A DNA stretch of 64,000 nt. Source: Phycisphaerae bacterium (GTDB lineage: Bacteria > Planctomycetota > Phycisphaerae > SM23-33). Position 1 is the first letter of the stretch. Every line of letters starts with the position of its first letter. Below the pieces are notes generated by a model. The model ran no database searches, had not been told where the DNA came from, and was given only the letters and a program-made list of their open reading frames with translations. Shown here one piece after another: positions 62,261 through 64,000 of the stretch. Both the position numbers and the translations under genes were made by a program. Location of the stretch: assembly GCA_011050235.1 (NCBI GenBank), contig DRGC01000051.1, positions 18,333 through 82,332 on the forward strand, in the 5' to 3' direction.

Positions 62261-64000
62261 ATGAACGCCCAAGCATACAACGACTCCCAGGTCCCCGAGC
62301 CGCACTGGCTCAGGAACCTGTTCGCTCAGCATCGCGCGGCGATCAGCATCATCATCTATACGGTGCTGTTTGCGATGGCGCTGCTGCTGGCGCATCTGGT
62401 GCGTTTTGACATCGCTGCTGAGAGCCAGGACAAATGGTTCGTTGGCCGTTTTCTTCGGATGCTGCCTCTGTTTCTGATCGTCAAGCTTGTCGTGTTCGGG
62501 TTATGGAAGCAGTTCCGCGCCGACTGGATGTATGCCGGCACGCGCGACGTGGTGAATATCCTGCTGGCGTCGTTTTGCTCCTTTGCCGTTCTGTACATCC
62601 CGATTTATATCTTTTACCACCTACCCATTCTCTTCGATCGCCAGCCGCTGATGGTCTTCAGCGGCTATTCGCGAGGCGTGATGCTCCTGGATTTCATGGG
62701 AACGGTGTTTCTGGTCTGCACGGCGCGGCTTGGGGTGAGACTGTATCTGGAGGAGCTTCGCCCGGTTTCGCTGGAGGGCATTAAGCGCGTCCTGATCGTC
62801 GGCGCCGGGCACGCCGCGGAGGTCGTCATCCGCGAGATCAACCGGATGACGGTCGACCGCTACCGCGTGGTCGGCCTGGTGGACGACGGCCCGGGCAAGC
62901 AGAAACTGTCGATCCACGGCGTCTCGGTGCTTGGAAAGACCAAGGACATCCCCACTCTCTGCGAAGAGCACGAGGTGGACGAGATCATCATCTCCATCCC
63001 GTCGGCCACGCAAAAGGAACTCCGCCGCATCATCGAGGTCTGCAGCGGCACGAAGCTGAAGTTCCAGTCCCTTCCATCGGTGGGCGACCTGATCGACGGA
63101 AAGGTCACCGTCAGCCAGATTCGGCCCGTCGACATCGAGGACCTGCTCGGCCGAGAGACCGTCGAACTGGACACCGATGCGATCGGCCGATTCGTTCACG
63201 ATCGGCGCGTGCTGATCACTGGCGCCGGGGGCAGTATCGGCTCGGAGATGTGCCGCCAGGTCTGCCACTACACCCCCTCCAGGCTCATCCTGGTCGAGCA
63301 GGCGGAAACGCCCTTGTTCGACATCGAGAACGAACTGCGCGAGACATTCCCCGATATTCCGCTGACCGCCTGCATCTGCGACATCGAGGATCGCGACCGC
63401 GTCGGGGCCGTCTGGGCCCAGCACCGCCCTGACGTCGTCGTCCACGCCGCCGCTCACAAGCACGTGCCCCTGATGGAACGCAACGCCTGCGAAGCCGTCA
63501 AGAACAACATCATGGGCACCAAGAACGTCGCCGACGCCTGCTGCGAGCACGGCGTGGCGGAGTTTGTGCTAATCTCCACCGACAAGGCCGTCAATCCCTC
63601 ATCCATCATGGGCGCCTCCAAGCGCGTGGCCGAACTGTACACCCAGGCCCTAAATGGCCAGACCGATTGCCGCACCCAGTTCAAGTCCGTGCGGTTCGGC
63701 AATGTGCTCGGCTCGTCGGGCTCGGTCGTGCCCACGTTCCGAAAGATGATCGCCGCCGGCGGGCCGGTGTGCGTGACGCACCCGGAAATGCAGCGGTATT
63801 TCATGACGATCCCCGAGGCCGCCCAGTTGGTTCTCCAGGCCGCCGCGACAGGCGCCGGCGGGGAGATCTTCCTGCTGGACATGGGCGAGCCGGTCAAGAT
63901 CGTCGACCTGGCCCGCCAGATGATCACCCTCAGCGGCTTTCGACCGGGCGAAGACATCGACATCGTTTTCACCGGTATTCGGCCGGGCGAAAAACTGTTC
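62261..64000 (+). CDS. Polysaccharide biosynthesis protein CapD/WbpM/PglF family (membrane-bound UDP-sugar 4,6-dehydratase), 3'-truncated by window end
   Basis: Own translation of an open frame from ATG 62261 to base 64000; not in the ORF track because no stop falls in the window. Four N-terminal TM helices, then LIVGAGHAAEVVIREI and LITGAGGSIGSEMCRQV Rossmann motifs, then TDKAVNPSSIMGASKRVAE (SDR catalytic region). Confidence 0.85.
   Translation, partial: MNAQAYNDSQVPEPHWLRNLFAQHRAAISIIIYTVLFAMALLLAHLVRFDIAAESQDKWFVGRFLRMLPLFLIVKLVVFGLWKQFRADWMYAGTRDVVNILLASFCSFAVLYIPIYIFYHLPILFDRQPLMVFSGYSRGVMLLDFMGTVFLVCTARLGVRLYLEELRPVSLEGIKRVLIVGAGHAAEVVIREINRMTVDRYRVVGLVDDGPGKQKLSIHGVSVLGKTKDIPTLCEEHEVDEIIISIPSATQKELRRIIEVCSGTKLKFQSLPSVGDLIDGKVTVSQIRPVDIEDLLGRETVELDTDAIGRFVHDRRVLITGAGGSIGSEMCRQVCHYTPSRLILVEQAETPLFDIENELRETFPDIPLTACICDIEDRDRVGAVWAQHRPDVVVHAAAHKHVPLMERNACEAVKNNIMGTKNVADACCEHGVAEFVLISTDKAVNPSSIMGASKRVAELYTQALNGQTDCRTQFKSVRFGNVLGSSGSVVPTFRKMIAAGGPVCVTHPEMQRYFMTIPEAAQLVLQAAATGAGGEIFLLDMGEPVKIVDLARQMITLSGFRPGEDIDIVFTGIRPGEKLF

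Noticed and set aside
62621-63972. Minus-strand ORFs 62621..63550 and 63454..63972
   Set aside because: Antisense to the clearly recognisable CapD/WbpM gene, which has no stop in the window and is absent from the ORF track.

Overview
High-GC (about 65-70%) chromosomal window with the hallmarks of a Planctomycetes/Verrucomicrobia-like genome: many glycoside hydrolases (GH2, GH42, GH38, a large toroid-type GH), a sulfatase, and three prepilin-type N-terminal-methylation proteins. Nothing here is from a search; all calls come from reading the ORF-track translations for family motifs and the DNA for repeats, RBSs and hairpins. Recognisable content: the C-terminal fragment of a glycyl radical enzyme, a carbohydrate/oxidoreductase locus carrying a radical SAM/Cys-rich protein and two URO-D-like proteins, a five-gene ebo-like operon (TatD, UbiA, phosphodiesterase, DHQS-like, xylose-isomerase-like TIM barrel), an NfeD-flotillin operon, tRNA-Ser(GCU), kdsB, gmhA, pepC, an HlyD-like adaptor, an envelope-glycoconjugate cluster (WecA-family, DPPR-synthase-like UbiA, GT-C-like membrane protein, truncated CapD/WbpM) and a 1130-aa secreted protein with a ComEA-like HhH motif next to the pseudopilins. 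Sequence-level oddities: (1) an ~830-bp array of eleven copies of a 23-bp near-perfect palindrome (GATACCTCATGTCATGAGGTATC) organised into 238-bp higher-order units immediately upstream of a PadR-family regulator; (2) a compact ~1.3-kb low-GC (~53%) island holding only two overlapping genes, one with a C-terminal HEPN-like Rx4H motif, a candidate toxin/abortive-infection module; (3) a ~200-bp multi-hairpin intergenic element present twice with compensatory stem changes; (4) a REP-like double-hairpin family (GGGTGCCACGCTT...AAGCGTGGCACCC) at five or more intergenic sites. Many long ORFs in the supplied track are antisense artefacts of high GC and were not called.
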